This document shows, in pieces, positions 53,345 through 64,000 of a DNA stretch of 64,000 nt. The notes below the pieces were generated by a model, which did not search any database, was not told where the DNA came from, and saw only the letters and a program-made list of their open reading frames with translations. The stretch's first letter is position 1. Every line of letters begins with the position of its first letter. The DNA is from an uncultured Gemmatimonadaceae bacterium (GTDB taxonomy: Bacteria; Gemmatimonadota; Gemmatimonadetes; Gemmatimonadales; Gemmatimonadaceae). Made by a program: the position numbers and the translations under genes. Where the stretch lies: NCBI GenBank assembly GCA_963829055.1, contig CAWHHI010000016.1, forward strand, positions 576,001-640,000. Reading direction: 5' to 3'.

Positions 53345-54377
53345 TCAGCGCGTGGCGGCGCCTTCGGTCGGACGAGGACGAGGCGTGCGCTCACCGGCTG
53401 GTAACTCGGCGGTGCGGGATGCGCGCACGGTGGCCTTACCGCTCGCCTTGTCGGAGGAGACGGAGCGCGGCCATTTGTGCTCGATCCACAGCAGCAACGG
53501 CGACGCGACATAGATCGAGCTGAACGTCGCGACGAAGATGCCGAACGCCATGACGATGGCGAACGGCTGGATCACTTCGCCCGCGAAGAAGAGAAGCGCG
53601 AGCGTCGCGGCGAGGGTCGTCGCGTGCGTCAGCACCGAACGCGGCAGCGTCTCGTTGATGGATCGGTTCAGCACGTCGTAGAGCGGCGACTTCCGATCCT
53701 TCTTCAAGTTCTCACGGACGCGATCGAAGATGATGATCGTGTCGTTGCCGGAGTAGCCAAGCAGAGTGAGGATAGCCGCGACGATCGTGAGTGATACCTC
53801 GATGTGCAGCAACTTGATGAACGCCAGCGTCACGAGGACGTCGTGCGCTGTCGACAACACGGCCGCGACGCCGAACCGCCATTCGAATCGTATGGCCAGA
53901 TAGACGAGCGTCACGAGCGACGCGAGCAACATTGCGATGCCAGCGTTTCGACTCAACTCGGCGCCGACGCGTGGCCCGACCGCTTCGGTGCGAACGACGC
54001 GGTAGGCGTTCGCGCCGAACTCCTTCGTCAGCGCGTCCTGCACGCGCTGGGCGACGCTTTCCGCTCCGCTCGCCTGTTGCGCGACGTCGCGCCGATCCTG
54101 CGCGCGCACGGTGAACTCGCTGTCCGAACCGAACTGCTGGATCTCCGCGCCGCGTGACGCCGGCGCGGTCCAGCGTGGAGCGGATGCGGCCCGCGTCAGC
54201 AGCCTTCGTGAACTGCAGCTGCATGAGTGTGCCGCCAGTGAACTCGATGCTGTAGTTCACGCCACCACGAATGGCGAAGCTAGCGAGCCCGGCGAGGATG
54301 AAGGCCGCGGTGACGCCGGCCGCCCAGCGCCACCACTTGATGAAATCGAAATTCGTGTCGTGTAGGATGCGTAGCAT
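53345..54377 (-). CDS. secF: Protein translocase subunit SecF; frameshift ~54150
   Basis: SIEFTGG, VGPRVG, RFEW, HDV, GYSGNDTIIIFDRVRE. Confidence 0.93.
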
Positions 54378-56035
54378 TAGATGCTCAGAGTCTGGGCGCC
54401 ACGCGAGCGGCTGAGCCACAGGAGATAGAACGTGCGAACGACGAAGATCGCCGTGAACAAGGACGCCGTGATGCCAGCGATCAGCGTGACCGCGAAGCCC
54501 TGGACCGGCCCGGTGCCGTACTGATAGAGCACGGCCGCGGTGAGGATGGTCGTGACACTGGTATCGATGATCGCAGTCAGCGCGTGCCGGAAGCCTTCAT
54601 CGATCGCCGTGCGTACCGTCTTGCCTCGTGCGAGCTCCTCTCGGATCCGCTCGAAGATCAGCACGTTCGCGTCCACCGCGATACCGACCGACAGCACGAA
54701 TCCAGCGAGGCCCGGCAGCGTGAGGACGGCGTTGAAATACGCCAGCATGGCCGCCGTGTAGAGGATGTACAGGCCTAACGCGATGACCGAGAGCACACCC
54801 GAGAAGCGGTAATAGACGACCATAATCGCGACCACGAGCAGCATCGCGATGACAAGCGCGCGGACGCCGTTCCGGATCGAGTCCTGACCAAGGCTCGCCC
54901 CGATGTTGCGCACCTCGGCGACCTTGAGTGGAACCGGGAGTGCGCCCGCGCGCAACACGAGCGCGAGGTCCTGCGCTTCCTGCAACGAGCGACCCTGACC
55001 CATCGTGATCTGACCGCGCGTGCCGATCGCGCTCTGGATGACAGGCGGGCGACCCATCACGCGCTGGTCGAGCACGATCGCCATGTAATCGCGAATGTGC
55101 TTGGCGGTTTCGGCGCGGAAGCGGCGTCCGCCTTCGTTGTTCAGTGTGAACTCGACGACCGTTCCCTCGAGCGGCACCTGGTTCGGCTTGGCGCCAACGA
55201 GGTATTCGCCGGTGATGATCGGCCGCGAGTCGAGCAGATAGATTGGCCGATACTGCGTGGCGCCGAGCGTCTGTGTCTCACCGCCCCAGCGCAGCACCTT
55301 ACCCGGCGGAATGGCCGACTGAATCGCCGGCATGTCCAGGTAGCGCTGCAGCGTCGGGACATCGCTCTCGGCTACAAAGTACTCGCCCGGAAACTGGCCC
55401 TGCTGGATCAGCTTCGAGAACGCGCCGCCCGTCGTCAGCGCGAGCGAGTCTTTCTTCGTCGAGTCGCCCTTCGTCTTACCAGCCGAGTCCTTCCCCGGCG
55501 TGAACAGCTCCTGAAGTCCCTTCCCGCTCTTCGCGGTGTCGCCGCCCACGACAGCCGGGCCGGCTGCGGCGCCAGCCTCCTTTAGAATCGCGTCGAACCG
55601 GGGCAGCGCCTTCTCCAGCGCCTGCGTTTCGTCGGTGATCTGGAACTCGAGGAACGCGCTCTTCTGGACAACGCCCATGGCGCGCTGCGGATCATCGATG
55701 CCGGGCAGCTCGACGATGATCTGGTTATCGCCGCTCTTCTGCACGACCGGCTCGGCGACGCCGAACTCGTCGATGCGTGTGCGGACGACCTTGATCGCAC
55801 GGTCGAGCGCCTCCGCCTTGTCGGCAATGGTGCCCTTCGACTCATCGATCTCGAGCGCGAGGTGCATGCCGCCTTGCAGATCCAACCCACGTTTGAGCGG
55901 AACCCGGGTAACGGTATCGAATACGTAGCTGTCACCGCGTTTGACTCGCTCAACGACCTTGCGCGGGAACAGCGACCATACGGACGCTGCCACGAGCGCT
56001 ACGATGAGCAGCACGCGGTACTTCAGGTTGGACAT
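54377..56035 (-). CDS. secD: Protein translocase subunit SecD
   Basis: [39 protein letters not shown]. Confidence 0.96.
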   Translation of the reverse strand: MSNLKYRVLLIVALVAASVWSLFPRKVVERVKRGDSYVFDTVTRVPLKRGLDLQGGMHLALEIDESKGTIADKAEALDRAIKVVRTRIDEFGVAEPVVQKSGDNQIIVELPGIDDPQRAMGVVQKSAFLEFQITDETQALEKALPRFDAILKEAGAAAGPAVVGGDTAKSGKGLQELFTPGKDSAGKTKGDSTKKDSLALTTGGAFSKLIQQGQFPGEYFVAESDVPTLQRYLDMPAIQSAIPPGKVLRWGGETQTLGATQYRPIYLLDSRPIITGEYLVGAKPNQVPLEGTVVEFTLNNEGGRRFRAETAKHIRDYMAIVLDQRVMGRPPVIQSAIGTRGQITMGQGRSLQEAQDLALVLRAGALPVPLKVAEVRNIGASLGQDSIRNGVRALVIAMLLVVAIMVVYYRFSGVLSVIALGLYILYTAAMLAYFNAVLTLPGLAGFVLSVGIAVDANVLIFERIREELARGKTVRTAIDEGFRHALTAIIDTSVTTILTAAVLYQYGTGPVQGFAVTLIAGITASLFTAIFVVRTFYLLWLSRSRGAQTLSI

Positions 56036-56074
56036 GCGCCTGCGGGGAGGAGGGTTTCGTTCGACAAGCTTCGA

Positions 56075-56103
56075 AGGTTAGGGAACCGCTTGTACGTAGT
56101 CAA
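56075..56103 (-). promoter_or_regulatory. Candidate secDF promoter
   Basis: TTGACT-17 bp-TAACCT. Confidence 0.55.
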
Positions 56104-56184
56104 CGGAAATCGTTGTGGTTAAAGGGTTGGGGCGCGTTTTCGGACCCATCTATAGCGATCATGTCTGGTTCGAACGCGGGTGAT

Positions 56185-57120
56185 TCATGACACGCCGGTG
56201 AGGACGCGTCTGGCGTCGTCCTCGTCGCGACGCAGCTGCTCGATCAGCGCCGCCGGCGTCGAGAACTTCTGTGTGTCGCGGAGGCGCGCGATGAAGTCCA
56301 CGCGCACCCACGCGCCATACCAGTCGCCACTCGTATCAAACAGATGAGCCTCGATGCCAATGGTCTGGTCGCCGAACGTGGGCCGAGGCCCGAGGTTCAG
56401 CATTCCGCCGTGGGCTCCACCGGGGGTCTGTACCCGCACCGCGTACACACCCTGCGGCGGAAGCAGCTTTCGCGGATTGGGAGACGCCACGTTGATCGTG
56501 GGAAACCCCAAGCCCCGCCCTCGGGCTGCTCCCGGCACGACGCGTCCGCCAAGCGAGTAGGGACGACCCAGCGCGTACGCCGCCCGCTCGAGGTCTCCGC
56601 CGGCGATCGCCCGTCGAATCGACGTCGAAGAGATAGGTCGTCCATCCCCGATCGACACTGGCGCGACGACCTCAACCCTGAACCCGTCGCGCGCGCCGAG
56701 AGCCTGCATTACCTCCACGTCTCCTTCGCGGTTCCGCCCGAACCCGTGATCGTGGCCCATGAGCAGGTGCTCCATGCGGAAACGGCCTCGGAGAACCTTC
56801 GTCACGAACTCTTCCGCCGTATAGCGCGCCAGCGACGGCGTGAATGGCACGACTGCGAGGTAGTCGATGCCCGACTCCGCGAGCACTTCGCGCTTCTCCT
56901 CCCCGACGGTCAGCATCAACGGCGCGGCCGCCGGATTCACGACCTCCATCGGATGCGGCTCGAACGTGACGAGCACGCTCCGGAGACCCAGTACTGCCGC
57001 GCGCGCGGCAAGGCGATCGAGAACGTCACGATGCCCGCGATGAACACCATCGAACGTGCCGACGGTGACGACGGTCGCGTGAACGTCGGGCGGGAGCCCG
57101 GACTCTGCGGCGTTACTCAT
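56185..57120 (-). CDS. ribF: Riboflavin kinase / FAD synthetase
   Basis: GTFDGVHRGH, TFEPHP, ISSTSIR, GFPTIN, GVYA, EAHLFD. Confidence 0.95.
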   Translation of the reverse strand: MSNAAESGLPPDVHATVVTVGTFDGVHRGHRDVLDRLAARAAVLGLRSVLVTFEPHPMEVVNPAAAPLMLTVGEEKREVLAESGIDYLAVVPFTPSLARYTAEEFVTKVLRGRFRMEHLLMGHDHGFGRNREGDVEVMQALGARDGFRVEVVAPVSIGDGRPISSTSIRRAIAGGDLERAAYALGRPYSLGGRVVPGAARGRGLGFPTINVASPNPRKLLPPQGVYAVRVQTPGGAHGGMLNLGPRPTFGDQTIGIEAHLFDTSGDWYGAWVRVDFIARLRDTQKFSTPAALIEQLRRDEDDARRVLTGVS

Positions 57121-57123
57121 CGC

Positions 57124-57972
57124 TCAGGCGTCAGGAAGCACAACGCGCGGCTGCCACGCGTCCGCAGCTCGTTCGGCGACCGCAACGAGGCGGCCGGAAC
57201 CATCCACCAGCGCCGCCATGGATGCCGGTGTCGCCTCGCCCGCGGCAGCAACCAGACGTCCCTGCCTAACGTGGCTCACATCGTCGTCCGACAGTGAGAT
57301 GGCTTGGAGATGCGGGAGCGCGTCCAGCGCCGGACGCAGGCTCGTTTCACCAGCGCGCAGCGTCTCGAGCGTGATCGCGTCGGCGACGTCGAACGATCCA
57401 CTCCGCACCCGGCGCAGAGCGCCAAGGTGCGCCGCCGACCCACTCAAGCGGCCGAGGTCGCGCGCGAGTGCGCGGATGTACGTCCCACCACCACACGTGA
57501 TCGTTGCGCGCAGGTGGTCGTCCGCCAGTTCGCGCAGCTCCCAGCCGTGTACATGGACCCGGACTGCATCGAGCGCCAACGCGACACCCCGCCGAGCTGC
57601 CGCGTATGCGCGCTGACCATCGACCTGCTTCGCCGAGTAGGCCGGTGGCACCTGGTCGATGCTACCGGTGAGCGACACGATCGCCTCACGCACGCGTGCG
57701 CGATCGGGAACCTCTGCCGTGCGGACGACGTTGCCAGTCAGGTCATCGGTGTCGGTCTCGCTGCCGAACACGATCGTCGCGTCGTACACCTTCGGCTCGC
57801 CGTCGAGATGTGGCAGCAGCCGCGTCGCGTGTCCGACGAGCAACACGAGAAGCCCCGTGGCAAAGGGATCGAGTGTACCTGCGTGACCAATCCGTCGCGT
57901 GCGGAGCGCGCGCCGCGCTTCACTCACGACGTCGTGCGACGTGATCCCGGCCGGCTTGTCGATGAGCAGCAT
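57124..57972 (-). CDS. truB: tRNA pseudouridine-55 synthase (start approximate)
   Basis: DKPAGITSHD, GHAGTLDPFATG, QVPPAYSA, GTYIRALARD. Confidence 0.95.
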   Translation of the reverse strand: MLLIDKPAGITSHDVVSEARRALRTRRIGHAGTLDPFATGLLVLLVGHATRLLPHLDGEPKVYDATIVFGSETDTDDLTGNVVRTAEVPDRARVREAIVSLTGSIDQVPPAYSAKQVDGQRAYAAARRGVALALDAVRVHVHGWELRELADDHLRATITCGGGTYIRALARDLGRLSGSAAHLGALRRVRSGSFDVADAITLETLRAGETSLRPALDALPHLQAISLSDDDVSHVRQGRLVAAAGEATPASMAALVDGSGRLVAVAERAADAWQPRVVLPDA

Positions 57973-57976
57973 GCCG

Positions 57977-58393
57977 TCAATCGGTCGACTCTCCGCCTTG
58001 CACCGCGTCCCGTCGGCTGGCGTTTGCATCGTCGGCGGCACGCGCGTCGTTTATCTGGGCGAGCAATGTTTCGATGCGCGCCGCGTGCGCCACACTCTGA
58101 TCCAGCTGGAACTGGATCTCGGGCGCGAGCCGAAGCCGGAGCGCGCGTCCAATGTGAGGACGAAGATGGCTCGAGGCACTGGCCAGCCCGTCGAGGGTCG
58201 CGGCACGTTCCGCGTCGCTCCCGAGGATGCTGACATAGACCTTCGCGTGGCGCAGATCGCGTGTGACGTCGACGCCGGTCACGGTGACGAGACCGACAAC
58301 GCGCGGATCCTTTACGCCCTCGGCGAGGAACTTCGCCACTTCTTCACGGATCGCCGCAGCAACCCGGTCCGGGCGACGGGTATCGTGCGCCAT
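57977..58393 (-). CDS. rbfA: Ribosome-binding factor A
   Basis: RPDRVA, VKDPRV, TRDLRHAKVY, PEIQFQLD. Confidence 0.94.
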   Translation of the reverse strand: MAHDTRRPDRVAAAIREEVAKFLAEGVKDPRVVGLVTVTGVDVTRDLRHAKVYVSILGSDAERAATLDGLASASSHLRPHIGRALRLRLAPEIQFQLDQSVAHAARIETLLAQINDARAADDANASRRDAVQGGESTD

Positions 58394-58494
58394 GTATCGT
58401 TGAATCCTTCGCCCGAACTCGCTCCAGCGGCAACATGCCGCGCAGCAGTCGGGCGTTCACGCAGCGCCGTTCGTCTTCGGGCGGCCCGCGGAAA

Positions 58495-58540
58495 GAGAAA
58501 ACAAAACGCAGGGCCGGACGGCGTTCACCATCCGGCCCTG
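58495..58540 (-). terminator. Terminator after infB
   Basis: GCAGGGCCGGA...TCCGGCCCTGC stem followed by GTTTTGTTTT on the minus strand. Confidence 0.7.
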
Positions 58541-58549
58541 CCCCGAGCC

Positions 58550-61384
58550 TCAGCTCGATGCGTCCGCTACCAGCGTTCGGGCAACTTCCTCGGTGCGATA
58601 GCACTCGATGACGTCGCCGACCTTGATGTCGTTGAAGTTCTCGACGGAGATACCGCACTCGTAGCCCTTCTCGACTTCGCGGACATCATCCTTGAAGCGT
58701 CGAAGTGAACCGATCGTACCGTCGTACACCTCGACACCGTTTCGAATCACACGAACGCGTGCCTGACGAGAGATCGTCCCGTTCCGGACATAGCATCCGG
58801 CGACCATGCCGACCTTCGGAGCCTTGAAGGTCTGACGCACCTCCGCCTCGCCGAGCACGACTTCGCGCTCCTCGGGACGGAGCATGCCTTCGAGCGCCGC
58901 GCGTACGTCGTTCACGGCCTCGTAGATGACCTTGTACAGCTTGATCTCCACACCTTCGCGGTCGGCGGCCGTACGCGCGTTGTTGTCTGGACGCACGTGG
59001 AAACCGACGATGATCGCGCCAGCAGCGCGCGCGAGCAGGATGTCGCTCTCCGTCACCGCACCGACACCGCGGTGAATGACTTCGACCTGCACCTCGGCGT
59101 TGGACAGCTGAGCCAGTGCGTCGGCGAGCGCTTCCGCCGGACCGCCCTGGTCCGCCTTGATGAGCACGCGCAACGTCCGCTTCTCGCCGGCCGCGGCGTG
59201 CGACATGAAGTCTTCCAGCGTGACGGCGCTCTTGCTCGTGCGCCGGCTCTTCGCCTCGCGGTCGAGACGTTCCCGCCGCTGCGCGATGTCACGCGCCTGC
59301 GTCGCGTCGTCGACGACACGGAATTCGTCGCCAGCCATCGGCACGCCCGTTAGGCCGAGCACCTGTACCGGGATCGCCGGGCCAGCCGACTTCACCGGCT
59401 TGCCACGCTCATCGAGCAACGCACGCACGCGACCCGAGTACAGACCCACGATGAAGTCATCACCGACCTTCAGCGTGCCACTCTGTACGAGGACGGTGGC
59501 CACCGGACCCTTGCCGGCATCCAGCTGTGCTTCCACCACCGCGCCGCTCGCGTTCTTCGACGGGTTCGCCTTCAGGTCGAGAATTTCTGCCTGCAGAAGA
59601 ACCTGATCGAGCAGCTCGCCGATGCCAGTGCCCTTCTTCGCGGAAATCGGCGAGGAGAGCGTCTGACCGCCGAACGCCTCGAGCACGACGCCGTGCTGCA
59701 GGAGATCCTGCGACACCTTCGCCGGGTTCGCGTCAGGCAGATCGACCTTGTTGATGGCCACGATCAGCGGCACGCCCGCGTTCTTCGCGTGCGAGATCGC
59801 TTCGATGGTCTGCGGCATCACCGAGTCGTTCGCGGCGACGACGAGCACCACGATGTCCGTGACCTGCGCACCACGCGCACGCATGGCGGTGAACGCCTCG
59901 TGGCCTGGCGTATCGAGGAACGTGATGAGCTTGCCGTTAGGCAGCGTGACATGGTACGCGCCAATGTGCTGCGTGATGCCACCGGCCTCACCAGCCACGA
60001 CGTTGGCTTTCCGGATGTAGTCGAGCAGCGACGTCTTCCCATGGTCGACGTGACCCATGATCGTGACGATCGGCGGCCGCGGCACGAGGTCCTCGGCCTT
60101 GTCGGCCTCGGTGACCTGCCCGGCATCCGCCGCGTACTCCGCTTCGCGTACGGCCTGGAAGCCGAACTCACCAGCGATCAACTCGATCTGATCGAAGTCC
60201 ATTCGCTGGTTGATCGTCACCATGAGCCCGAGGTTCTTGAACGCGAAGCCGACGATCTGCGTCGCGGGAATCTTGAGGATCTCGGCGAGCTCGCTGACGG
60301 TGATGAATTCGTTGACGTGAACGGTTTTCCGCTCGCGTTCACGATCCGCCTCGCGCTGCGCCTCCATCTCCTCGCGCGAACCCATGTCGTCGGAGCGCCG
60401 TGGGCCGCCGCGCCGCTGCGCGGGACCGCGGAGCGCGGACATGGTCTTGAAGATGTTGGCGGACACCGCTTCCTGATCGACTGCCCCGCGCTTGCCCTTC
60501 TTGCGCCGTCCAGCCGGTTGCTGCTGTTGCTGCTGACTACCGCCACCACCACCCCCACCACCGGGTCCTCCGCCGCCACCCTGCCGCTGCTGCTGCGGGC
60601 GGTCGTCTCGACGGGTCGGCGTCATCCCGCCGCCAGGCGCCGCCGAGGCGACAGGACGCGGCGGGACAAACGGGTTGCTGCTGGCGACCGGACGCGGGCG
60701 CGGAGCGCCAGGTACGATCGGCCGCGGACGCGGCCGATCACCACCGGCCGACGCTGGCTGCGGCGGCGGCATGGACGGACGCATCGGAGCCACCGGTTGC
60801 GGCGGAGTCGGTGTGCGCTCGAAGCGCTCCGGCTCACGCGGCGGTGGCGGCTCTACCGGCGCGGCCGCGACAGGCGGGGCCGGTGGTGGTAGCGGCGGTG
60901 GCGGTGGCGCAACGTGAACCGTCTCTTCGACGACCGGTTCACTCGTGTCGACGGCTGGTGCAGTCGACACCTCGGGCTCGTGCTCGTGCTCGACGGTCGT
61001 CTCGTGATCGACCTCGGCGAGGTCGGGTGCCGCAACATCGACATCGACGTCGTCGGTTGCGATCGCCGCTTCCCCGACGACGTCGGCGGGACGTCGGCGG
61101 CGTCGGACGCCCGACGCTTCCGCGGGCACAGGGGCCGCAGGTGCGGCCGCTGCCGGCGCAGCCGCCGGCGTCCCGCGCCGGCGGCGCGCCGGCGGCGCGG
61201 TCTGCTTCTCGGCGCGGACGCGTTTCTCACGCTCCCAGCGCGCGCGAATACGCGCGACCTGGTCATCGGTGAGAAGAGTGAGATGGCTGCGCACGGGGAC
61301 GTCCATCTGACGAAGGAGGGTGATCACCTCGTCGCTGGAAACCCCGAACTCGCCTGCCATGTCGTGTACACGAAGCTTGCTCAA
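58550..61384 (-). CDS. infB: Translation initiation factor IF-2
   Basis: [26 protein letters not shown]; long Pro/Gly-rich N-terminus. Confidence 0.97.
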   Translation of the reverse strand: MSKLRVHDMAGEFGVSSDEVITLLRQMDVPVRSHLTLLTDDQVARIRARWEREKRVRAEKQTAPPARRRRGTPAAAPAAAAPAAPVPAEASGVRRRRRPADVVGEAAIATDDVDVDVAAPDLAEVDHETTVEHEHEPEVSTAPAVDTSEPVVEETVHVAPPPPPLPPPAPPVAAAPVEPPPPREPERFERTPTPPQPVAPMRPSMPPPQPASAGGDRPRPRPIVPGAPRPRPVASSNPFVPPRPVASAAPGGGMTPTRRDDRPQQQRQGGGGGPGGGGGGGGSQQQQQQPAGRRKKGKRGAVDQEAVSANIFKTMSALRGPAQRRGGPRRSDDMGSREEMEAQREADRERERKTVHVNEFITVSELAEILKIPATQIVGFAFKNLGLMVTINQRMDFDQIELIAGEFGFQAVREAEYAADAGQVTEADKAEDLVPRPPIVTIMGHVDHGKTSLLDYIRKANVVAGEAGGITQHIGAYHVTLPNGKLITFLDTPGHEAFTAMRARGAQVTDIVVLVVAANDSVMPQTIEAISHAKNAGVPLIVAINKVDLPDANPAKVSQDLLQHGVVLEAFGGQTLSSPISAKKGTGIGELLDQVLLQAEILDLKANPSKNASGAVVEAQLDAGKGPVATVLVQSGTLKVGDDFIVGLYSGRVRALLDERGKPVKSAGPAIPVQVLGLTGVPMAGDEFRVVDDATQARDIAQRRERLDREAKSRRTSKSAVTLEDFMSHAAAGEKRTLRVLIKADQGGPAEALADALAQLSNAEVQVEVIHRGVGAVTESDILLARAAGAIIVGFHVRPDNNARTAADREGVEIKLYKVIYEAVNDVRAALEGMLRPEEREVVLGEAEVRQTFKAPKVGMVAGCYVRNGTISRQARVRVIRNGVEVYDGTIGSLRRFKDDVREVEKGYECGISVENFNDIKVGDVIECYRTEEVARTLVADASS

Positions 61385-61393
61385 ACAGTCCTC

Positions 61394-61750
61394 CTAGCGG
61401 GCTCGACCAGAGTCCGCGGCATGCCCCTCGGCGGGGGCCGACTCGACGATGGCACGAATGCCCTTCGCGAGCTGTGGATCGACGACTCCGACGGCGGCCG
61501 TCGACTCCCGTCCTACCGCGGCGCCAAGTTCTGACGCCGAGGGTCCTTCAATCATGCGAATGTGCTTCGCCCGAAGCATCGGAACGACCTTGTTCAGGCT
61601 GTTGTGCGACGCATCAGGCGCGATCACGACGAGCTTGAGCTTTCCCCGCAGCGCTGCGTCGCGTACCTGCTGCACCCCGACAATGACCAGCCGGCCGTTC
61701 ATGCCTACTCCGACCAGGCGAAGCAGCTTGCTTGTTGTCGAGGCGTCCAT
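61394..61750 (-). CDS. L7Ae/L30e-family RNA-binding protein
   Basis: VVIAPDASHNS, ELGAAVG; position between nusA and infB. Confidence 0.85.
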   Translation of the reverse strand: MDASTTSKLLRLVGVGMNGRLVIVGVQQVRDAALRGKLKLVVIAPDASHNSLNKVVPMLRAKHIRMIEGPSASELGAAVGRESTAAVGVVDPQLAKGIRAIVESAPAEGHAADSGRAR

Positions 61751-61759
61751 CGTGTTCGT

Positions 61760-63127
61760 CTAGACCGGCGACTCGCCGCGGCGCGACGTGTCGTTGGTCC
61801 CGCCGTCGCCGTCATCGGCTCCGGCTTCTTCTCCACCTTCTTCCGTGAGTTCATCGAGCATCGTGATGATACGATCCGCCTCCTCCGGCGCGATACCTGG
61901 CAGGCGGAGCAGATCCTCGCGCTCGAGATCGATGATGTCGTTGAGCGTGCGGTAGCCGCCTTCCTCGAGCACAGCGACAGTCGCGGGCGACATGCCTTCG
62001 ATCTCCGACAGCTTGACGTCCGCGGCCGAGTCGGCCTCTTCGGGGAGCGGCGCGAACAGCGGCGCGTCACCACCACGGTCGAGCCACTCGCGACTCGAGT
62101 AGAGGTCGATCTTCCAGCCCGTCAGCTCGGAGGCGAGCCTAACGTTCTGTCCGTTGCGCCCGATCGCGAGCGACAGCTGATCCTCATCAACGACAGCCTG
62201 AATCGTCTTGGCAATCGGATCGGAGAACACGCGTGCGACGCGAGCCGGCGCGAGCGCGAGCTTCGCAAAGCGCTCGGGGTCAGCAGACCACGGCACAATG
62301 TCGATGCGCTCGCCATTGAGCTCGTTGACGACCGCTTGCACGCGCGAGCCCTTGAGCCCGACGCATGCGCCAACCGGGTCGATCGAGTCATCGCGCGAGA
62401 ACACCGCGATCTTCGTGCGGCTGCCGACCTCGCGCGCAGCGGCGCGGATGTCGACGATGTTCTGCTGGATCTCGGGGACCTCGAGCTTGAACAGTGCCTT
62501 CACAAACAGTGGGTCGCCGCGGCTCAGGATGAGGCGGGGGCCCTTGGGCGTCTCCTCGACGCGCTTGAGCACCGCACGAATGGGCTCGCCCTGGTGGAAG
62601 TGCTCGCGGTGGTTCTGCTCGCGATACGGAATGATTGCTTCCGCCTCGCGGAACTTGTTCAACATGACGACAAGCTTGCCGCGCTCGATCTGCTGAATCT
62701 CACCGCTCAGCAGGTCGCCGACACGACCCGCGAACTCGTCGCGGATCCGCGTGCGCTCGCCCTCGCGAACGCGCTGGATGATGCGCTGCTTCGCGGCTTG
62801 CACGGCCGTGCGTCCGAACTCCGCGAAGTCGACGGGGATCTCCATCATGTCGCCGACCTGGAATTCCGGGTCTTCGAAGCGGGCTTCCTCGACGCTGACC
62901 TCACGGCCGGGATCGGTGACCTCTTCAACGACCGTCTTGAGCAACACGATGCGGATCTCACCGCGATCTTCGTTGATCTCGACTTCGGCCTGTACGTTCG
63001 GCCCGTGCTTTTTCGCGAGCGCGGCATGGATGCCATCCTCGAGCAGTCCGTGTAGCTCGGACCGATCGAGTTGCTTCGAGCTCGTCAGCTCGCGAATCGC
63101 GTTCAGGATGTCAGCGGAACCGATCAT
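61760..63127 (-). CDS. nusA: Transcription factor NusA
   Basis: FGRTAVQAAKQ, LFKLEVPEI, DPVGACVG, AIGRNGQNVRLAS. Confidence 0.96.
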   Translation of the reverse strand: MIGSADILNAIRELTSSKQLDRSELHGLLEDGIHAALAKKHGPNVQAEVEINEDRGEIRIVLLKTVVEEVTDPGREVSVEEARFEDPEFQVGDMMEIPVDFAEFGRTAVQAAKQRIIQRVREGERTRIRDEFAGRVGDLLSGEIQQIERGKLVVMLNKFREAEAIIPYREQNHREHFHQGEPIRAVLKRVEETPKGPRLILSRGDPLFVKALFKLEVPEIQQNIVDIRAAAREVGSRTKIAVFSRDDSIDPVGACVGLKGSRVQAVVNELNGERIDIVPWSADPERFAKLALAPARVARVFSDPIAKTIQAVVDEDQLSLAIGRNGQNVRLASELTGWKIDLYSSREWLDRGGDAPLFAPLPEEADSAADVKLSEIEGMSPATVAVLEEGGYRTLNDIIDLEREDLLRLPGIAPEEADRIITMLDELTEEGGEEAGADDGDGGTNDTSRRGESPV

Positions 63128-63139
63128 TACGGGCGCCCT

Positions 63140-63613
63140 CTAGACTTTCCAGTGAAACACCAGCCGAGCTTCGCGAATGGCGTCGAGCGGGGCGCGGTGT
63201 GTCACGCCCTTGTCGTCACGCACTACCGCGACTGCGCTGCCAGCGTCATGCTCGAGCCCGACGATTTCTCCTTCCACCATACCTCCGACCGCCGCACTCG
63301 TCAGGCGAGCACGACGGCCAACGAACCTTTGCCAGTCAGTCGGCGTCCGGAGCGGACGCTCGACACCAGGCGACGAGACTTCGAGCACGTACTTGCCACC
63401 GAACACCGCGCCCGCGTCGAGGCGCGCCTCAATGGCGCGCGACGCGCGGGCGCAATCGTCCACGGTCACTTTCTCTCCGTCACGCCGATCGATGCGAACG
63501 TCGAACACGGGCCTCGTTCGCGTACCGCCACGCCTCATCTCGACGAGATCGAACCCCAGCGAATCAAGCTCGGCAACTACAACGTGTTGAACGTCTTGGA
63601 ACGCCTGGTTCAT
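63140..63613 (-). CDS. rimP: Ribosome maturation factor RimP
   Basis: VTVDDCARASR, YVLEVSSPGVERPL. Confidence 0.93.
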   Translation of the reverse strand: MNQAFQDVQHVVVAELDSLGFDLVEMRRGGTRTRPVFDVRIDRRDGEKVTVDDCARASRAIEARLDAGAVFGGKYVLEVSSPGVERPLRTPTDWQRFVGRRARLTSAAVGGMVEGEIVGLEHDAGSAVAVVRDDKGVTHRAPLDAIREARLVFHWKV

Positions 63614-63638
63614 GTCGTGTCGAGGTACCCGCCAAGAA

Positions 63639-63670
63639 CAAAAAAATGTGGGGAACCCTCCCCCACATTC
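63639..63670 (-). terminator. rimP-leader hairpin / attenuator-like terminator
   Basis: AATGTGGGG...CCCCACATT followed by a T run, between the promoter and rimP. Confidence 0.65.
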
Positions 63671-63701
63671 CGCTGACGCCAGGCGAGACGGCAGCGTGGT
63701 G

Positions 63702-63730
63702 AATCTAGACGGCGCCTCAAGTGCCGTCAA
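63702..63730 (-). promoter_or_regulatory. Promoter of the rimP-nusA-infB operon
   Basis: TTGACG-17 bp-TAGATT. Confidence 0.65.
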
Positions 63731-63747
63731 CCCAACGAAGAGCTATC

Positions 63748-64000
63748 TCATAGAGGCGCAATCATTACGCCGAGTTGTCGGCCGCCGTCGCCGGCGCGAT
63801 GTGAGAAGTACAGGTCGTTGTCGCAGCGCGTGCAGCGCTCGCTTGTCGAGATGTCGCGGACCCCGCGCGATCGTGCGTGGTCGGCGATCAACTGTCGCAA
63901 GTCGACAGTCGTCGCGCGATCCACGGCGCGCCCTGTGAGTCGCTCGAAAACATCCGGACTCACCTCGTAGCAGCCACCGCAGATGGCCGGCCCGAGATGG
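63748..64000 (-). CDS. pgeF: YfiH/PgeF (laccase-domain) protein, C-terminal part
   Basis: HLGPAICGGCYEV, VDLRQ, CTRC, YFSHR, GRQ. Confidence 0.85.
   Translation of the reverse strand, partial: HLGPAICGGCYEVSPDVFERLTGRAVDRATTVDLRQLIADHARSRGVRDISTSERCTRCDNDLYFSHRAGDGGRQLGVMIAPL

Noticed and set aside
60500..61200. Low-complexity CCG/CTG/GGC tracts
   Set aside because: They encode the Pro/Gly/Gln-rich N-terminus of IF-2 and are not an independent repeat element.
61562..63055. Long plus-strand ORFs (also 49-1026, 15137-16459, 50271-51533, 59693-60892)
   Set aside because: Antisense shadows of well-supported minus-strand genes, common in high-GC DNA; no recognisable motifs.

Overview
High-GC bacterial chromosomal segment with almost every gene on the minus strand. 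Gene content (LpxC-FabZ fusion, McsA/McsB/ClpC beside bamA, bshC, PorV-like protein) and the 16S sequence suggest a diderm, most likely Gemmatimonadota (inference, not a database result). Contents: uvrC (partial), murJ, bshC, rlmH, gdh; a lipid A/BAM/Lol cluster with clpC-mcsB-mcsA; lysS and prfB (programmed frameshift); a GGDEF/zinc-ribbon pair; era; a full rRNA operon; three tRNAs; an rph/rdgB/lptE operon headed by a small bacterial microcompartment (BMC) locus (two BMC-H shell genes, acylating aldehyde dehydrogenase, PduL); lpxH-like, murI, selC, selenocysteine-containing selD, ridA, fhs, tatD, secDF; and rimP-nusA-infB-rbfA-truB-ribF. About 15 genes, several essential, carry single-base frameshifts best explained as sequencing errors. 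Most notable: (1) a non-palindromic octamer GCCTAACG/CGTTAGGC seen at least 28 times with about 3:1 strand bias, forcing rare codons in different frames; (2) a minimal BMC locus with encapsulation peptides but no local signature enzyme or pentamer; (3) an extra GNRA-capped hairpin inserted in 16S rRNA. All counts are by eye.
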